A program made the position numbers and the translations under genes. From NCBI GenBank assembly GCA_028534125.1, contig CM052816.1, forward strand, positions 34,784,001 to 34,848,000: a stretch of 64,000 nt of DNA, written 5' to 3'. This stretch comes from Lama glama (Eukaryota). The notes beneath the pieces are model-generated. The model saw only the letters and a program-made list of their open reading frames with translations. It searched no databases and was not told where the DNA came from. Shown in pieces: positions 41,501 through 54,900 of the stretch; position 1 is the stretch's first letter; every line of letters begins with the position of its first letter.

Positions 41501-42410
41501 CAGTTCTAACTGATTGTTAATATTTTCTAGTTTCTTGTTAAAATTCTAACTATTCGTCTATTCTTTTCCCTAATTCACTTAATACTCTTATACTAATGTT
41601 TTGAAATCTTTATCTGGTAAATTTTTATTTCTGTTTTATTAGTTGTGTTTTCATGGTTTTTCTGTTGTTTTTTCATTTGAAATAAATTCCTCTGTCTTCT
41701 AATTTTGCTGAAGTTTCTCTATCTCTATGAAAGTAGATGAAACTGTTGCCTATTGCAGTCTCAAAGTGATGTTCTTATGTGGGAACATCCCTATACGGTG
41801 TTTATGTATCCACTGACTTTGGTGGTAGAGTTGGACTGGTGTAGGAGGCCTGTCTTCCTCCAGGGTGTGCTGACAGCTATCACTTTGATAGAAGGTAGGG
41901 ATGGAGCTGGAGGGGCTAGAACCAGAGCCAAGTGTAAACCAGGGCTTCTCTGCTCAGTGGCCAACACCACCCACCACCCTAATGCAGGCAGGGTTGGGTC
42001 CCAAGTTGCTACAGTGGAAGCCTTGAGGATTGGGTCCAAGCTGGTTCTGTTCCCAATAAGAGTGTTCTCTCCTTCTTCTTAACACTGACACCTTTGGCCC
42101 AGAGGGGAGCAATTCTGCAGCAAGAGCATCTAGAGCCAGTGCTCAGTGTGGGTCAGGGTGTGGACTGTGGTGGTCCCAGCCCCAGTCAGAGTCCTGGACT
42201 GCTCCTGATCCACTGCCTCAATAGGCACCAGCAATGGCCGCCTTCGCCCTATTCAGATGCCCTTCTGGGTCCAGGCTTGCACCATGCCTCACAACTTCTC
42301 AGCCCCCTTGGCTGTGTCAGCCTTTGCTCTAGTGTAGAGCTGCACCACAGAGCAAACACGGCCAGAGCAGGCACTTGGCTCAGGCTGGGCACATACCAGG
42401 GTGATCACAG
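38560..42410 (-). mobile_element. Rearranged L1 (5' UTR, ORF1, EN domain, ORF2 end), same family as 9435-13705
   Basis: EN-domain peptides in ORFs 39718..39909 (LIDIYRTFHPK...FSRID) and 39397..39603 (WRLNNILL). The 5' UTR at 41810-42100 resembles 12420-12720. Confidence 0.9.
39403..39458 (-). mobile_element. tRNA-derived SINE 3' fragment (camelid Vic-1-like)
   Basis: Reverse complement ...GGTCCTGGGTTCAATCCCCAGTATCTCCATTAAAAGAAAAAG shows a B-box plus an A-rich tail. Confidence 0.75.
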
Positions 42411-42520
42411 GCTCTTCTTTTCATACTTAAACTGCATTTAGACTTTCTAGGAATGAAGAGAACCAAAGTCTTATCAATCACTGCACCCACTTCTCAAACT
42501 AATGATGATGTTCTGAAACC

Positions 42521-42710
42521 CAGTGGTTCTCAAATCCTAGCCTACATTTGAATCATGTGGAGGACTCATAAAACACAGTGTGTTGTGCCCTACCCACTGG
42601 GATTCTGGGATACAGAGTAAGTCTGAGATACAGCTTGAAATTTGCATCTTCAACAAGTTCCTAGCCGATGCTGATGTACTTGTGTAGGTTCTGTAGTTTG
42701 AGAACCACAG
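42521..42710. mobile_element. MER5A-like hAT-Charlie MITE
   Basis: TIRs CAGTGGTTCTCAAA / TTTGAGAACCACAG, ~190 bp. Confidence 0.88.
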
Positions 42711-43079
42711 GTGTAAACTAAAGAATAAATTATGTCATAGGCTGTAGTTGGTAGAGTATTTATATCCTCTTTTTCAACTACCTATTTCATGTTCCTTTTG
42801 CCTTCAACCTGGATTCAGCTGATCAAAGTTCTTTTTCACTATTTGGTGGGGAGTCTTGAAACAAACTTGGAACACTAGGTTGAGGAAGGTTCCACCTCTG
42901 CCAGGATGGGTGATTGAATTATGGCATAAAGAAGTACCTCTCAAAAAAAAAAAAAAAAAGTACCTCTTCCCTGTTCCCGTTCTCTCCTGCCACTAGGTGG
43001 ACTATAGACTTCTATTGAGTTACTCCATAACATTTTAGGTTTTATCTGTTATATTATTCAGGGTAGCTTAATTAATACA

Positions 43080-43800
43080 AGATTTCTTATGACAAAATAT
43101 TTTAAATACATGGCACTGGCTTAGCAGCTGGTCAGCGGATAATAGAGCAACTGACATCAGATGCTAGAAAAATGGAGATCCATGCTATGCAGTCTCAAAG
43201 CATTTGGTTAAAAAACAGCTATCACTGTGGTAATTTGAGAGGCAGATAAGGTGCCTGCAGAGTCTGTAACTCCAGGGAAAAAAACTGAAAACAGAATATT
43301 AGAGGTATCCACTGTTGCTTCTGACTGTTTATCAAAGTATAAGATGAAAGAGATGAGCTCAGACAAGAAATGACAGCATGCAAATAGAAGTACAGAAATC
43401 CCAGAAGTTTGGGGCTGCAAATGACTGGAAAAGTAGATTTCCACTAGACTTTAAGCTGTGAGATAAAAGAGTGAGAAAGTTTTTGATCAACACAGGCCAA
43501 TTAAGACTAATCTTTATGACAATATTCAGTTTAAGAGTATGGCTTTCCCACCCAAGCCTGATGGCCTCAAGGTAGTCACCATTAAATTGAAAGAGAGAGG
43601 CATGGAGGTTAGAAAGCAAAGAATCAAATCAAACTTGAGACTTAAATTTGGAAAGAACTCCAGATACAGCTAATGATTCATAAGATTGCACAGAACAAAA
43701 AATAGGAGAAGTTTAAGATTTGTAAGGAATTTTACTGATAAAGAACCATGTTTCTAGATTAAAAATGCATTTCCCTATTCAAACTTTAAAACAACCATAT
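43080..43800 (+). mobile_element. MaLR internal (MLT1-int-like) fragment
   Basis: atggcactggcttagcagctgg...aatggagatccatgctatgcagt...gaaagagatgagctcag. Confidence 0.6.
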
Positions 43801-44914
43801 GGTAGACTTCTGGGTGCAACCACAATTGATTAACTTCTATCAGAGTAACCTTCCCTCTGCAAGTAACTATAAAAATGGGGAAAATATACAAAGTGAATAT
43901 TTGAAGGCATTGAAGAGGTAGCAGTACAGGTAGGACTGGGGAATCCTAGGATTCTTGAGAGAAGTGAAACCCATGGGGAAGCTCATATTCATCTTGGATT
44001 ATTTTCCTGAGAGCACTTACCAAATTGCAACACCAAGTACTAGAGTTCAAGCAGAAACTGGCATTCTTAGTACACAAAGGAGACAAGAGGTCAGACTATA
44101 AAGTTGCCAAAATGGCTAAACTCAAGTGAAAAAATTCCCCAAGTGGACGAAACTGCAAAGGAGGAACCTCAAAACCTTCATATAAATTCCCTTTAAGTTG
44201 TTGACTGACTCTTACATGATACATGCAAGAAGCAAGACTCTAAGAAACCCAGTAGAAATCAGCGAGACTATAAAGAGCTAAGCAGAGACTTCAGCAGTCA
44301 TACAGTCTGGGATTTTGCTAAATATCCCAGGTGTTTAGTTGAGACCCCAGAAGGGTGACACTCTAAAAGTCAGAACCACACCATAGAAATAAGGACAGCA
44401 TCCTAGTAGTAAGGACTAAACTGAAATAGATTAGTCCTGACATAGCCTAAAAGCAAGCCTCCATAGGTTCAAGGTGATCTGCTGGTAGATCATGAACATG
44501 AATGACTATGCTGTGTCCATGCTAAATCAGTAAAAATCTCAGAAACCCTTCACATTCCTTTCTTCCATGCTTCCTCTATTCTCTTGGCTAGATGTTGGTG
44601 CTTGGTCTTATAATGAAAGCCATGTATTGATCATGATAGATAAAGCTCGTTGAATGAGAAGCTGAGTTTTCCAGTATCCTTCTGAATGGGCTTTTAAAAA
44701 TCAATAATCTGTGTTGTGCTACTGAGATTGAGGATTTTATTTATTACAGTATCTAGAGTTACCTTGACTAACATAACCTCTCTATATTTATCACCTAATT
44801 TAAGTACAGTGATATAGGTATGATTTTATTATCTGCTTTCTAGCTAAAAAAATTAAGGCTTAAGAAATTAAATGACCAACTTAACGTCATTCAGTTCATA
44901 AACGCTAAGGCTCA

Positions 44915-46660
44915 GATTAGATTTTCTATTTCTTCTGTAGTCAGTTTTTGTGGTTTGTGTCTTTCTAAAAATGTGTCCATTTTGTCTAGGTTTTCCAACC
45001 GTTTAGCATACAAGTGTTCTCAGTTCTCCCTTATAATAACTTTATTTCTCTAAGGTTAGTAATAACTCCCGTTTTAGTAATTTGAATCTTCTCTCCCTTT
45101 ATCTTGTTCAGTGTAGCTAAAGATTTCTTAATTTTGTTGCTCTTTTTGAAGACCCAACTTTGGGTTTTGTTGAAAACAAGACATTTTAAAAATACATTGT
45201 GGAAATTCTGGAAATCAGATTCTTCCTTCTCCCCAGAGTTTTTTGCTGTTTGTTATTATTGTTTTTTGTTTGTTCAGTGGCTTTTCTGAAGTAGTTTTAC
45301 AGAACTACTTCTGTAAAGTCTCTTTTCTTTGTGGTATAAAATAAAATTCATATTTTATGGCAAGACAAGAAATATTCAAACATTAAAAAAAGTCTCTGCC
45401 CTTTGGCCTCTTCTCTTCTCTTCCCCTACTATGCATCGTGTATCTGCATTAAGCGTGGACCATACCTTCCCCATCAGCAGAAATACCTCCTCAACAACAT
45501 TCTCCTAGCATCAGCAAGACAACTCCTTAAAAGATAACATTCCATCTTGATCATGACACTCAGATCTGGATTGTGTATACCATCAATAATACATCATTTA
45601 ATGTACAGCCCTCTGATCAAAAAACTTAGATAACTGTCCTTTAAGTTTTGATGGGCAGAACAGTTCTTGGAGCTTTCTGAGATGCTGTTCTTGGGTTATA
45701 ATCCTCACTGTGGCTTGAATAAAATTTTCCATTTCTTTCTTAGATTGACTAATCTAAGACAGTAGTGTGTGGCCAAACAAGACTCTGTTTGGTTAGCTTA
45801 GTGCTCAGCTAATGATTAGACAGAGATTTCCTTAAATACTTGGAATCAACATGTATCCCAGTGTTTGTTGAGGGTGTGTGCATGTGTGTGTGTTTTGGGC
45901 AGGGCTTCAACATCAAGCCAGGCAGTTCACAATTCTCCCTTAGCCTTCACTTCTTGCTTATGCAAAGCCCCAAGGTCAGCCTTAGGTCAATGTTTAGGAC
46001 TTTCTCAGGTCTTTCCTACGCTTATGCACTGTTTAGCCCAGCCTTAGGCATATGTGTGGGTTTCTGGATTCTCATGAATTTGTTGGACCTTTTCAAAGTT
46101 CCTAGAGACATTCTCCAGCTTTTCATTTTAAGCTTTTTGGTCAACCTGTTGTCTGCCCCAAACTATTTACACTGCCTACACCACAGCAAAGTCAATCAAT
46201 TCCCTCTCATTGCTTTTGACAAACATTTCTAGGGAACAGGCTTTTCTCTAGAAAAACACTGGTTTAGCTCTGAATCAAATCCAATCAAGACAGCCTTGAA
46301 AGTGAGGTCTTCTAGGGAACCACCATATAGGTCAAATGATGACTGTTGTCTTGGAATTAGGTTTTGAAGACGCTCCAGCCTCATTCTGCCTTGTCTGGTA
46401 TCTGTCAGGCTGCTCCTTTTACCATGATTGTAGGCCAATGTTGTTCAGTGCTACAGTAGAGCTAGACAGGAGGGGATTGGTTTAGAGCAGGCCAAAACAT
46501 CACAGAGCTTACTGTTCTTGCTAAGATTCAGCTATTTTCTTGAATAAATGCTTCCTGGCTTGCTGCAAGCCCTTGGTTGATTTCCAGAGTTCTGAAAAAG
46601 ATGACTCTGACCATTTTTAGCAGTGCTTATACCCTCATTGTTGCTGATGTCACTCTAAGG
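44915..46660 (-). mobile_element. Old L1M fragments (ORF2 and 5' region) interrupted by an LTR
   Basis: L1 text (tgtgtccattttgtctaggttttcc; ccttggttgatttccagagttctgaaaaag). Confidence 0.6.
45335..45761 (+). mobile_element. ERV1-class solo LTR (MER34-like)
   Basis: AATAAA near 45718 and a CA end. Probable 4-bp TSD gtgg/gtag. The flanking L1 text joins across it. Confidence 0.7.
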
Positions 46661-46713
46661 CTATAATTCAAGTTCAGGTCCTCTCACTCCTTGACCAGTC
46701 CTCCTAATTCATC

Positions 46714-46900
46714 TGTGGTTCTCAAACTGCGTGTATCAGAATCACCTAGAAGACTTGCAGAAGATACAGATTGCTGGGCTCCACACCTTGAGTTTCTAAT
46801 TCAGGCCTGAGGTTGGACCTAACTGAGAATTTGCATTTTAAGAAAGTTCTTGGGTAGTGCTGATGCTGTTGATATGGGGATCACTCTTTAAGAACTATTG
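46714..46900. mobile_element. MER5A-like MITE
   Basis: ctgtggttctcaaact...atcagaatcacctaga...gaatttgcatt...ttaagaactattg. Confidence 0.85.
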
Positions 46901-47019
46901 CATTACATCCTGTGGTACCTTCAACTCGTTGCCTTAGGGAGTGCTTCCCATCTCTGAAATCAACAATAAAACATACAAGTCATTAATACATATTATCTCT
47001 CTACACATATAATAATACA

Positions 47020-47250
47020 GTACATATGCCAATATGTGTTTAATACTTACTACATGCTAGGTACGATATGTTACACATTTATTAGGTTATTTAGTCTGCA
47101 GTACAACAGCTCATGAGTAGGCGTTATTACTTTCCACATATTCAAACTGGAAATTGAGGCCAGAGGGGTAAGCAGAGATTGTCCAGAGGCACTCAGCAAT
47201 AAATGCTGGAGACAGTGTGGAAGTATAGTCTATTGATTCTAGAACACATG
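47020..47250 (-). mobile_element. MIR SINE
   Basis: ggaaattgaggccagaggggtaagc...ttgtccagagg core. Confidence 0.6.
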
Positions 47251-48799
47251 GGATAGGCCTCCACAAGAGTGTTTCTCAAAGAGTAACATAGATCACTTCT
47301 GATGCCTTGGATGACTTTAATTGGGACGTGCGTACATGATTAAAAACAATGACTCACATAGTGAGAGAGTGATTCCTATTTTGGTTCTGTTTGTCTATCT
47401 TTTGATTATATCATCACATAAATGCCATTTGCCTGCTTGTTTTTTAACTTGTGTCTAATGCTTGGTAAGCTTCTCTTCACAGGGAATGGGCTTTAGGCTC
47501 AGAGACGTTAGTACAAAAAATAGTCTCTAGCCCAAGAATTTAAAATCATTGTTCTGTGTTCACTTTTCTTTGTTACTTTCAACTTAGGAGAGGTGATACA
47601 GGTTTTCCATTTATAGTACATTCATAAAACTTCTCTCAAAGAAAATGAAGGCAAAACACATTTAAAGAAAATAATATATAATACTGTGAGTGGTAAACAC
47701 AGTTATGGTATGAAAGAGACTGAAATTAGGGGAACCCTGCCCCAACAGAAACTCTGCCCCAACAAACAGGTTAGTGTATCCAGTTGGATCAATATGCAAC
47801 ACTCTAAAGGGAGATCAGGGAAATGTGATTAAAGTATCAGTTCTCTTCCAGAGGGAGAGACTTGGATGGAGAAAGAGTCACCAGTTTTAGAGCAACATAT
47901 GTAAAGTAGAGAAATACCAAATGGGAAATGGTTTCTTGGTAAGAAATGTACTACAGGAGTGGGCTGAGACTTAGATTTTTGGTTTCACAAAACGTCTAGC
48001 AAATTGTCATAGTCTAAGTTTCTATAGTAAATTTTGGATAATTTGTTTTCATCAACAGCAAAAAAAAAAAAATTAGCCTCGGTTCACTGGCAGGAAATTT
48101 TGCATTTCCCAAGGACAGCACAAGAAGTGGGGCTCTTTAACTCTTGGCGGAGGGGACGCGATAAATATATCTCGAGCATTGAGCCTGTGTGTGGAGGGGT
48201 TGAAGAGGGTTGGGGAATAAGATGGGAGGGGAGTGGGAATGTAATCAGAGAAGAGGACATGTGCAAGAAGAAGAAACAATTTAGCATCAGTGCCATGACT
48301 AACTAAACTGTTATCTCTGTTTAAATTAAGCAAGGTGTTCAGGGACTACAGCTGTTGTATTTATTTTAGTTGTGTGTGATGGGAGCTGTTATTTCTCGTC
48401 TTGACAACCCATCAGCCCCAAGATGCACACTCGAAGGCTCTGGTCAGGCCACAGCTATACAGAGGAAAAGCAGGCATCCCCTATACCCCGCCCCCACCCC
48501 CAACAGAATCAGAAATGAGGGAGCAGGGATCTGACTGAAGGGGTGGGAAGGGAGAAGTCACTATATAGTGCACAGTCAAGGGTGTCAGGAAGATGTGCCG
48601 TTCCTCTGTCTGCTATTTTTTCTAGGCCCCTCCATATCTGAACTGTAAAGGACTGAACTTTATGCCAGGAGACCCTAATCTTGTTAGTTACATTTCCAGT
48701 CAAATTAGGATTGATTTTAATGCCTCCATCTTTGTTGTTGCTGCTGGAATTTCTGAAAGTCTAGCTGCGCCAGTTCTTTCAGTTCTCCACACCCCATTC

Positions 48800-49950
48800 C
48801 CTTTCCCTGAGACCCCGCCCTTTTCTCTCAGCCCAAACCACAAAAGGCCGTGCGGTTCCAACCCCAGCACGGTGCCCCGCCCCCTCCCAAACGTCGCAGT
48901 GCTGCAGGGAAAGGAGGCAGGGCCAGGAGCGGGTGGGGGACGGAGTGTGGCTCCGTCCTTCCGCTCTTCGGCCAATCGGTGAGGTCCCTCCTAAGAGAAA
49001 GGGGGACCAAGGTGTAGAGACATTTCAAGTATTTTTCCCTTCTTCTGCCACGTCCCAACCATTGACGTGAGCCCACTCCTCAGGTTACGATTGGATACGT
49101 GTATTTTTCCCGCAGAGGTTCTTTAAGCCTATTGGTCGACTCTGTTTGGGGGCGGGGCTTGCGTTCCCTCCTCCCCCACCAGCGGCGCAAGGGGCGGGGT
49201 GTGCCGCCGCCACCTCTGCTTCCGCCGCCGCCACCAGCCGCTGCGCGTTCAGCGGGGGAGGAGTCGGAGGCGGAGAAGAAGGCGGCGGTGGCGGGTGGAG
49301 GATCTATCGCTGTTCTCGCTTCGGAGCCGCTGCACAGTTCGGTGAGGGGATTTTTTTTTTTTAATCTGGCTTGTTCCGATTTCGGGAATGTGAGGGTCAC
49401 GGCGAGGAGATTGGTGCCTTCATCTCTTCCATTTCTGAATTTCTGTCCTCGGAAAGGAGCGGGGCCTGTTCCTGGTCCGCTCCGTCGGCCATGGTGGGTG
49501 GGGTTGATGGCTGTGAGAGGCCTTCTTCGTCTCCTGGGCTCTGTCCTGCCCGGACCAGGGGCCATGCTCTGGTCCGTGCCCGCCGCGCCCGCTGCCCCCG
49601 ACTGTGGCATCGATTGGTGTCGGGGGTCTCCACCGGCCGTTTTTCCTTGCTGCCTCTTCTGCTGTCCTTGGTACGTTGGCCAAGGACCCCTCTGGCCTTT
49701 CTCCCCTCACTCGTTAGTGTATTAGAATAGCGTTCCCCCAACACTTCTCACCCGTCCTCTGCCCGTTTCCAGTCACCCCTTGTAGAGCTGACCCATCTTA
49801 CGCCACAGGCCTGCAGCCCCGCTCCCCTGAAAAACCTTCCGTTGCCGTCGCCGTACTATTTGCATTTTTCCCGATTGTCACCGAGGCTCGGGCACGCAGA
49901 CACCATGTACAGACCATAGCAGTCGTTCTTCTCCCGATATTAGCACCATT
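48800..49950. promoter_or_regulatory. PJA2: CpG island / TATA-less PJA2 promoter
   Basis: Abrupt rise in GC and CpG. GC boxes at 48813-48820, 48875-48882, 49149-49158 and 49191-49200. CCAAT/ATTGG at 48972, 49090 and 49131. E2F-like TTTTCCCGC at 49105-49113, TGACGTGA at 49063-49070, ETS-like CTTCCG at 49219-49224. Confidence 0.9.
49210..49341 (+). other. PJA2: PJA2 non-coding exon 1 (start approximate)
   Basis: GC-rich, ATG-free segment downstream of GC/CCAAT boxes in the only CpG island, ending at donor TCG|gtgagg (GT at 49342). The TSS cannot be determined from sequence. Confidence 0.75.
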
Positions 49951-51914
49951 CCATCAATGCTTCTCCCTGTTAGCGCTGTCAGGTTAGAGCACGCCTCTGG
50001 CAGATGCACCTTCAATTTCTGCCTAAGATTACTGCTTGTTAATCATTCTGCGCACATTCAAAATGGTGAGTTTAAAGCTGCTCAGACCAAGTTGAAGAAA
50101 AGGGAAGGAGGTAGTCTTTTTGCTGGGAGGAAGAATCTATACAGGAGACTTACCTCTCCAGACATTATTATTTTTTTAACATACGCATAGACACTGCTTT
50201 AAATCTGCTGGTTCTGGGAAGTTTATGATTTTTTTAAGGCTTAATATATTGTTAGTTTTTATCATGAACTATTTGGTTAAATTTCTTTAAAATGGCAGTC
50301 ATCTCTGCTGAAGACTATAGATCATTTGCTGATTATGTAAATAAGCATGAAGATAAACGTTTAGAATATTTTTTAAACGTTTAAACTGTTTTTTACAATT
50401 TTTAGTTGTCTTCTGGAATTTATCATTTTTATATGAAATCACTGTTCTAATTTTTTAATTAATTACAGATATGCAAACTTGATATAAAATTCAACCATAC
50501 AGAAAAAGGACTATTAAGTAAAATGTGACCATTTTCTTTCATCCCACAGTCTCATTCCAGTGTCCAGAATTAGCTGATTACTGTGTGTACATCTTTCCAA
50601 ATGCAGTTTTAAACACATATGCATACATATAAAGTTGGAGGGGAAAGTTTGAAGGGTATACCAAATGCATTGATACATCACTTTTTTTTTTCACTAAATT
50701 ATGTATCTTGGATATCTTGTTATATGTCTCCCTGATACTTCTTAAAACACTAAATGATGCTTCATTAGTTTGAATGGGCTCTAATTTGTTTAAACATTCT
50801 CTTACTGAAAGACATTTAAATTAGTTTCTTTTTGCTATCACAAAAAAATGCTTTATTTGAAGATAAATTTATTGATAAGTTTTTAATTACAAATTTTAAA
50901 TCTTCTTAAATTTTAAAAATTCAAACTAGAAGAATGAAAGGTAAAAAGTACCACTCCCACTTCCCCTTCTACTTCTGCCTTCATCCTCAGATTCAACTGC
51001 TCAGGAAACTTCGTCTATTTATGATTATTTCTGAAGCATGGATTCCTAGAAATGGAATTACTGGGTTAAAAAGAGTATGCATATTTTAAAATTTTGATAA
51101 CCATTTCTCATTATTATTTTCAAAATTATTCTTGACTCTTATGCATTTCTTCTTCAAATGAACTTTAGACTCAACTTGTCAATTAAATAAAAAATCCTTA
51201 GGTGTTTTGAATGAGATTATATTGAAATTTCAGATTAATTTGGAGCAAACTGACCTTTGTGATATTGAGTCTCTCCTCTCAGAAATATATGTATGCGTGG
51301 TAAGTGTCTACATTTTAGTCACATCTTGCTTAGGGAAAACTTTATAGTTTTTTCCTCCGTGTATATGACATTCCTTCTTAGTTTTCTTAGCTGTTTTATG
51401 ATTTGATTGCTCTGATGGATAGAAACTTTCAGTAACATATTTTCCTCCCCCTCCAGTTATAGGAAAGCTTTTAAATTTTTTCTATTTATCATGTATCTAA
51501 TCACTTTATTGAGATGATTATCTGAAAATATTCACAGTTTTGTGTCTTTCTCTTAAATTTTGTTGTGTGTTTTCCTCATTGATGTGGCTATTACACATCC
51601 TACATAAAGTTAAATAATAGCAGTGATAACTAAAAACTTGGTGGTTTCTGACTTTATGGGGAATGCTTCTGATGTGTTAGCATCATTAATGATGTTTGCT
51701 GAAGCTTTCTGACAAATGGAGACTGTAATAAGTAAAATGTTTTCTTCTATTCTCAGCTTTCTAAGATGATTTTATTGTTGTCTTTCATTTCTGATAACAT
51801 TGTAAAAAACCATAAATGCGTATTGAATTTTATTGATGTTTTTGACGTCTTTTGAGTGTCATATAAGGGCATCACCAGTATTCCCTGGTTAATGTCTTCC
51901 CAAGAGAGCTCTTT

Positions 51915-54900
51915 TTTAAAGAGTCAATTTTATTGAGGATAATTTACATACAATAAAATGTTTATATTTAAAATGTACAGCTCAGTGTGTCTTGACAAAT
52001 GTTTACCCCCATGTCATGACCATCACAATCAGGAGTAGCATATTTTCATTACTACAATCAAGATATAGAATGTTTCTATCATCCCCAAAAGTTTCTTTCT
52101 GCCCTTTTACAGTAAATCACATTTTCACCCTCAGCACTAGGAAACAGTTTGTCCTTTTTTCTCATTATAAATGGGTTTCATTTGTTCTAGAATTTTGTAT
52201 AAACGGAATTATGTAATATGTACTCTTTTGCATCCAACTTTTTTTCTTTCAGCATGATGTTTTTAAGGATAATCCATGTGTTTGTGTGTTTAGCTGGTTC
52301 ACGACTTCTTATTGCTAAGTAGTAGTAGTTTATGGTATTTGATTTACCATGATTGTTGACCATTTCACCTATTTATGGATTTTTGGATTGTTTCCAGTTT
52401 GGGGTTGTTATTAATAAAAGGACATTCATTCATGAGTTTTTGTGTGAACATACGTTTTCATTTCTCTTGGGTAAATACTTAGAAATGGATTTGTTGGGTT
52501 GTACTGTAAATGAATGTTTAAGTGTAAGAACCTGTCAAGCTGTTTCCCATTTTACAGCTCCAGTTGCTCTACATCCTCATTAACACTTGGTTAATTCAGT
52601 CTTTTTAATTTTAGCCCTTCTGGTGGGTATGTAGTAGGCTTACACTGTATTTTAAATTTGTATTTATTGTGACTAATGATACTGAGTGTTTGTTCATGTG
52701 TTTATGGGTACTTTGTATGTCTTCCTTTGTAAGGTATGTATTCAAATCTTTTGCCCATTTTTAAACATTGAATTGTTGTCTTACTGAGTTGGAAGAATTC
52801 TTTATACATTTTTTTATACAAGTCCTTGAACCTACACAGATGCATACACACACAGTGCAGCCTGAGGCATACTTTTTCATATCCCCAACTTTTTAAAATA
52901 GAAGAGCTTTTAATTTTGATTAAATTCAGTTTGTCAGTTTTTCTTTTATAATTTGTATTTCTGTGTTCTGTTTGCTCAGTGCAAAATTGTGCAGATTTCC
53001 TCTTAAGTTTTCTTCTACAGATTTTATTGTTTTGGTTTGAATGTCGAGGTGTAGCATCCATTTTGAGTTAATTTTTGTGTATGGTGTGAGGTAGGGGTCA
53101 AGGTTTATTTTCCCAGTTCTAGCACCATTTGGGGGGGGAGACTTTACCTTCCCCCATTAACATAGTCAAAAATCAGTTGACCACATATATGAGTCTATTT
53201 CTGGACTGTCCCCTTGATCTTTGTATCTATCATTTTGCCAGTGCCACATTGTCAGCATTATTGTTGCTTTATAATAAATTTTGAAATCAGATAATGTAAA
53301 TTCTTCAACTTTATTCTTTTCCAAAATCATCCTGGCTATTCTAGTTCCTTTGCTTTTTCATAAAACTTTTTAGAAGTGACTTGTTGGTTTTTGCAAAAAG
53401 TACTGAGGGGTTGTTATTTTAGATTATATTGAATGCATTGATAAATTTGGGAAGAACTGACATCTTAATATTCAATCTTCCAATCAGTGACAATAAGATA
53501 CCTGCATTTATTTGGTCTTAATCAAAGATCTAGTTTGTCTTTCATTAGCTTTTTAGTTTCATCATTCAACAGGTGTTGTTGCTCATATTTTGTTACATTT
53601 ATATTTAAGTATTTCATTACTTCTGATACTGTTATGATAATTTTCCTAAATTTCAGTGTCCAGCTGTTCACTGACAGTATATAGAAATACAACTGATTCC
53701 TGTATACTGACCTTGGATCTGGTGACCTTGCTAAATTCACTTATTTTAGTAACTTCTTCTTCTTCTTCTTCTTTTTTTTTTTTTTTTGGTAGAGTCTTTT
53801 GGATTTTCTCATGTAGATAGTTACGTGATTTGTGAATATGGAACACTTTTGTTTCTTTCACTTTCAGTTGGTATGTTATCACCCCCTCACCCTCTTTCTT
53901 TACTTGTTGTACTGGCTAGGAATTCCAGTATGGTGTTGAATAAGAGTGGTGAGAGCAGATATCCTGGCTTGTTTCTGATTTTAAAAGGAAAGCTTTCAGT
54001 CTTTCATTATTAAGTATAATATGGCCTTTTAGCAGGCTATTATTTTATATTACATATTGTTAGATTAAGTATTAAGTATAATACTTCTTTTATTAAGTTA
54101 AAGATGTCCCCATTCTGTTCTAAGATTGCTGAGAGTTTGTTTTTTTTTTTAATAATGAGTGGACATTGAGTGGTGAAATGTTTTAATTGTATTTATTTAG
54201 ATGATCTTATGGTGTATCTTTTTTTGATTGTTAATAAGGTGAATTACATTGATTTATTTTCAGACGTTGAATCAACCTGACGTTTTCTAGATGTATGTAC
54301 CTCACTTGGTTGTGTTATATTATCATTTTCATAGTTGGTGGATTAGTTTTCTAATATTTCATTGAGTAGTTTTTTTTAATCTATGTCCATGAGGGATACC
54401 TTTTCATGTAATTGGGGTATTTTTGTATCAGGATGTTGGCCTCACAAGTTTAAAGTGTTTGTTCCTCTCGTGTTTCCTGAAAATTTTGGTTAGGATTAGC
54501 ATTTGTTTCATAAATGTTTGTCAGAGTTTGCATCCTAGCCCATCTGGACCTAGAATTTTCTTTGTTGAAAGGTTTTAAAGGATAAATTTAATTACTTTAA
54601 CAGGTATAGGATGATCAGGGTGATCTAATTTTTTTCTTGAAAACCTTCAGTCTTTGACTAGGAGTTACTTACTATATGAGCTTTAGCAGTTTGTGTTTTT
54701 CAAGGACTTTGTCTCTTTCATCTGTTAATTGCCATTAAGTTGTCTCTTTATTATCCTTTTAATGTCTGTAGCACCTGTAGTGATTTTTTTTTCATTCTTG
54801 ATACTGGCATTGTGTCCTTTCTTATGTCTTTCTAGGTTTATCGATTTTGTTAATTTTTCAAAAGATTCAGCTTTTTACTGCTTTTTAAAAAGTTTTCAAT

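Noticed and set aside
48519..48552. Five G-runs, potential G-quadruplex
   Set aside because: Common near promoters, one loop is long, and nothing else supports a function
48662..49744. Cluster of long overlapping ORFs (up to 208 aa) on both strands
   Set aside because: Expected from stop-codon scarcity in a CpG island. The peptides are low-complexity Pro/Arg/Gly/Ala, cross the exon-1 donor and resemble no family I know.
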